Sequence record: EF517037.1
Strand: one strand, 5' to 3'
Length of the DNA stretch: 541 bases
DNA from: a phage
Below are positions 1 to 541 of this stretch, piece by piece; position 1 is the stretch's first letter; the number at the start of each line of letters is the position of its first letter. The position numbers and the translations under genes are program-made. The notes under the pieces were generated by a model. The model did not search any database. It was given only the letters and a program-made list of their open reading frames with translations, and was not told the origin of the DNA.

Positions 1-292
1 TATTGTGGAGGCAGGACGAGATGAGATGGCTGTAGGCTCTCACGCTAAGGGTTACAACCACAACTCTATCGGCGTCTGCCTTGTTGGTGGTATCAACGAT
101 AAAGGTAAGTTCGACGCTAACTTTACGCCAGCCCAAATGCAATCCCTTCGCTCACTGCTTGTCACACTGCTGGCTAAGTACGAAGGCGCTGTGCTTCGCG
201 CCCATCATGAGGTAGCGCCGAAGGCTTGCCCTTCGTTCGACCTTAAGCGTTGGTGGGAGAAGAACGAACTGGTCACTTCTGACCGTGGATAA
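1..292 (+). CDS. 3.5: T7 lysozyme / N-acetylmuramoyl-L-alanine amidase (gp3.5), C-terminal 96 codons; 5' end lies outside the window. Codon phase starts at position 2; stop TAA at 290-292.
   Basis: The supplied ORF (5..292) translates to ...VEAGRDEMAVGSHAKGYNHNSIGVCLVGG...LRAHHEVAPKACPSFDLKRWWEKNELVTSDRG, which I recognise as the C-terminal part of T7 lysozyme. The frame stays open back to position 2 (ATT), so the leading M in the ORF track is just a GTG valine codon, not a real start. If the full protein is 151 aa, the window holds the residues corresponding to the published Zn ligands His122 (cat 203-205) and Cys130 (tgc 227-229) and the catalytic Lys128 (aag 221-223); the third ligand, His17, is upstream of the window. 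Confidence 0.95.
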   Translation, partial: IVEAGRDEMAVGSHAKGYNHNSIGVCLVGGINDKGKFDANFTPAQMQSLRSLLVTLLAKYEGAVLRAHHEVAPKACPSFDLKRWWEKNELVTSDRG

Positions 293-293
293 T

Positions 294-316
294 TAATTGA
301 ACTCACTAAAGGGAGA
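294..316 (+). promoter_or_regulatory. T7 RNA polymerase class II promoter (phi3.8), -17 to +6; transcription start at G311
   Basis: TAATTGAACTCACTAAAGGGAGA at 294-316 matches the 23-bp T7 promoter consensus TAATACGACTCACTATAGGGAGA at 19 of 23 positions. The mismatches are at -13, -12, -11 and -2; the -10 to -3 core CTCACTA and the +1 to +6 GGGAGA are intact. It sits immediately upstream of gene 3.8, as phi3.8 does in T7. Confidence 0.93.
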
Positions 317-331
317 CCACAGCGGTTTTCC
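311..331 (+). other. Predicted 5'-terminal RNA stem-loop of the phi3.8 transcript (8-bp stem, 5-nt loop)
   Basis: GGGAGACC (311-318) pairs with GGUUUUCC (324-331): G311-C331, G312-C330, G313-U329 (wobble), A314-U328, G315-U327 (wobble), A316-U326, C317-G325, C318-G324; loop ACAGC (319-323). It closely resembles the known 5' stem-loop of the T7 phi10 leader (GGGAGACCACAACGGUUUCCC). Folded by eye, not computed. Confidence 0.55.
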
Positions 332-343
332 TTTGTTCGCATT

Positions 344-349
344 GGAGGT
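344..349 (+). promoter_or_regulatory. Shine-Dalgarno / ribosome-binding site for gene 3.8
   Basis: GGAGGT at 344-349, with a 6-nt A-rich spacer (CAAATA) before ATG 356; this is canonical SD spacing and composition. Confidence 0.8.
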
Positions 350-355
350 CAAATA

Positions 356-541
356 ATGCGCAAGTCTTATAAACAATTCTATAAGGCTCCGAGGAGGCAT
401 ATCCAAGTGTGGAAGGCAGCCAATGGACCTATACCAAAAGGTTATTATATAGACCACATTGACGGCAATCCACTCAACGACGCCTTAGACAATCTCCATC
501 TGGCTCTCCCAAAAGAAAACTCATGGAACATGAAGACTCCA
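356..541 (+). CDS. 3.8: HNH-endonuclease-family protein (T7 gp3.8-like, putative homing-endonuclease-type nuclease), N-terminal 62 codons; 3' end lies outside the window
   Basis: ATG at 356 follows the SD and the phi3.8 promoter. The frame is open to the window edge (62 codons, no stop): MRKSYKQFYKAPRRHIQVWKAANGPIPKGYYIDHIDGNPLNDALDNLHLALPKENSWNMKTP. It contains the HNH signature D-H-I-D-G-N-x-x-N...N-L-H (codons 452-499). It is absent from the supplied ORF track, presumably because that track lists only ORFs closed by a stop codon inside the window. Confidence 0.9.
   Translation, partial: MRKSYKQFYKAPRRHIQVWKAANGPIPKGYYIDHIDGNPLNDALDNLHLALPKENSWNMKTP

Noticed and set aside
5-7. GTG at 5-7, shown as the start (M) of the ORF in the six-frame track
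   Set aside because: The frame is open upstream to the window edge (codon ATT at 2-4) and the protein matches an internal part of T7 lysozyme; the real start is outside the window. The same holds for the internal ATG at 26-28 (Met in ...DEMAVG...).
95-100. Possible amino-acid difference from wild-type T7 lysozyme at ...GGI-N-DKG... (I half-remember D at this position)
   Set aside because: My recall of the exact residue is not reliable enough to call a variant; it needs an alignment to the reference.
291-298. Perfect palindrome AATTAATT, a possible operator or protein-binding site
   Set aside because: It is formed by the TAA stop codon running into the AT-rich -17 to -13 region of the T7 promoter; a short AT palindrome is expected by chance in this context and needs no separate function.
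311-340. Hairpin followed by a U-rich tract (GGUUUUCC UUUGUU), as a possible intrinsic terminator after gene 3.5
   Set aside because: The stem is short and includes two G-U wobbles; its 5' arm is the +1 to +8 start region of the promoter; the U tract is interrupted. It is better explained as the conserved 5' leader hairpin. No strong terminator is expected here because gene 3.8 is also expressed by read-through.
1-541. Possibility that the window encodes a novel or undescribed system (defence island, toxin-antitoxin, etc.)
   Set aside because: Every base is accounted for by recognisable T7 elements (gene 3.5 C-terminus, phi3.8 promoter, leader with SD, gene 3.8 N-terminus). There is no unexplained ORF, repeat array or extra intergenic space.
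1-541. Reverse-strand coding potential
   Set aside because: The ORF track reports no minus-strand ORF and the plus-strand genes fully explain the sequence; T7 genes are all transcribed left to right.

Overview
This window is a textbook stretch of the bacteriophage T7 class II (DNA-metabolism) gene region, or of a near-identical T7-like podovirus; I recognise it from memory and did not run a database search. Reading 5'->3' on the + strand: (1) the 3' ~two-thirds of gene 3.5, the T7 lysozyme (N-acetylmuramoyl-L-alanine amidase and T7 RNA polymerase inhibitor), in frame from position 2 with stop TAA at 290-292; (2) the T7 RNA polymerase promoter phi3.8 at 294-316, with +1 at G311, beginning two bases after the lysozyme stop; (3) a 45-nt leader whose first 21 nt can form a 5' stem-loop, followed by a GGAGG Shine-Dalgarno; (4) the first 62 codons of gene 3.8, an HNH-endonuclease-family protein, from ATG 356 and running off the right edge. 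All features are on the + strand. I see no evidence of a previously undescribed system here; the findings below are second-look points within a well-characterised locus.
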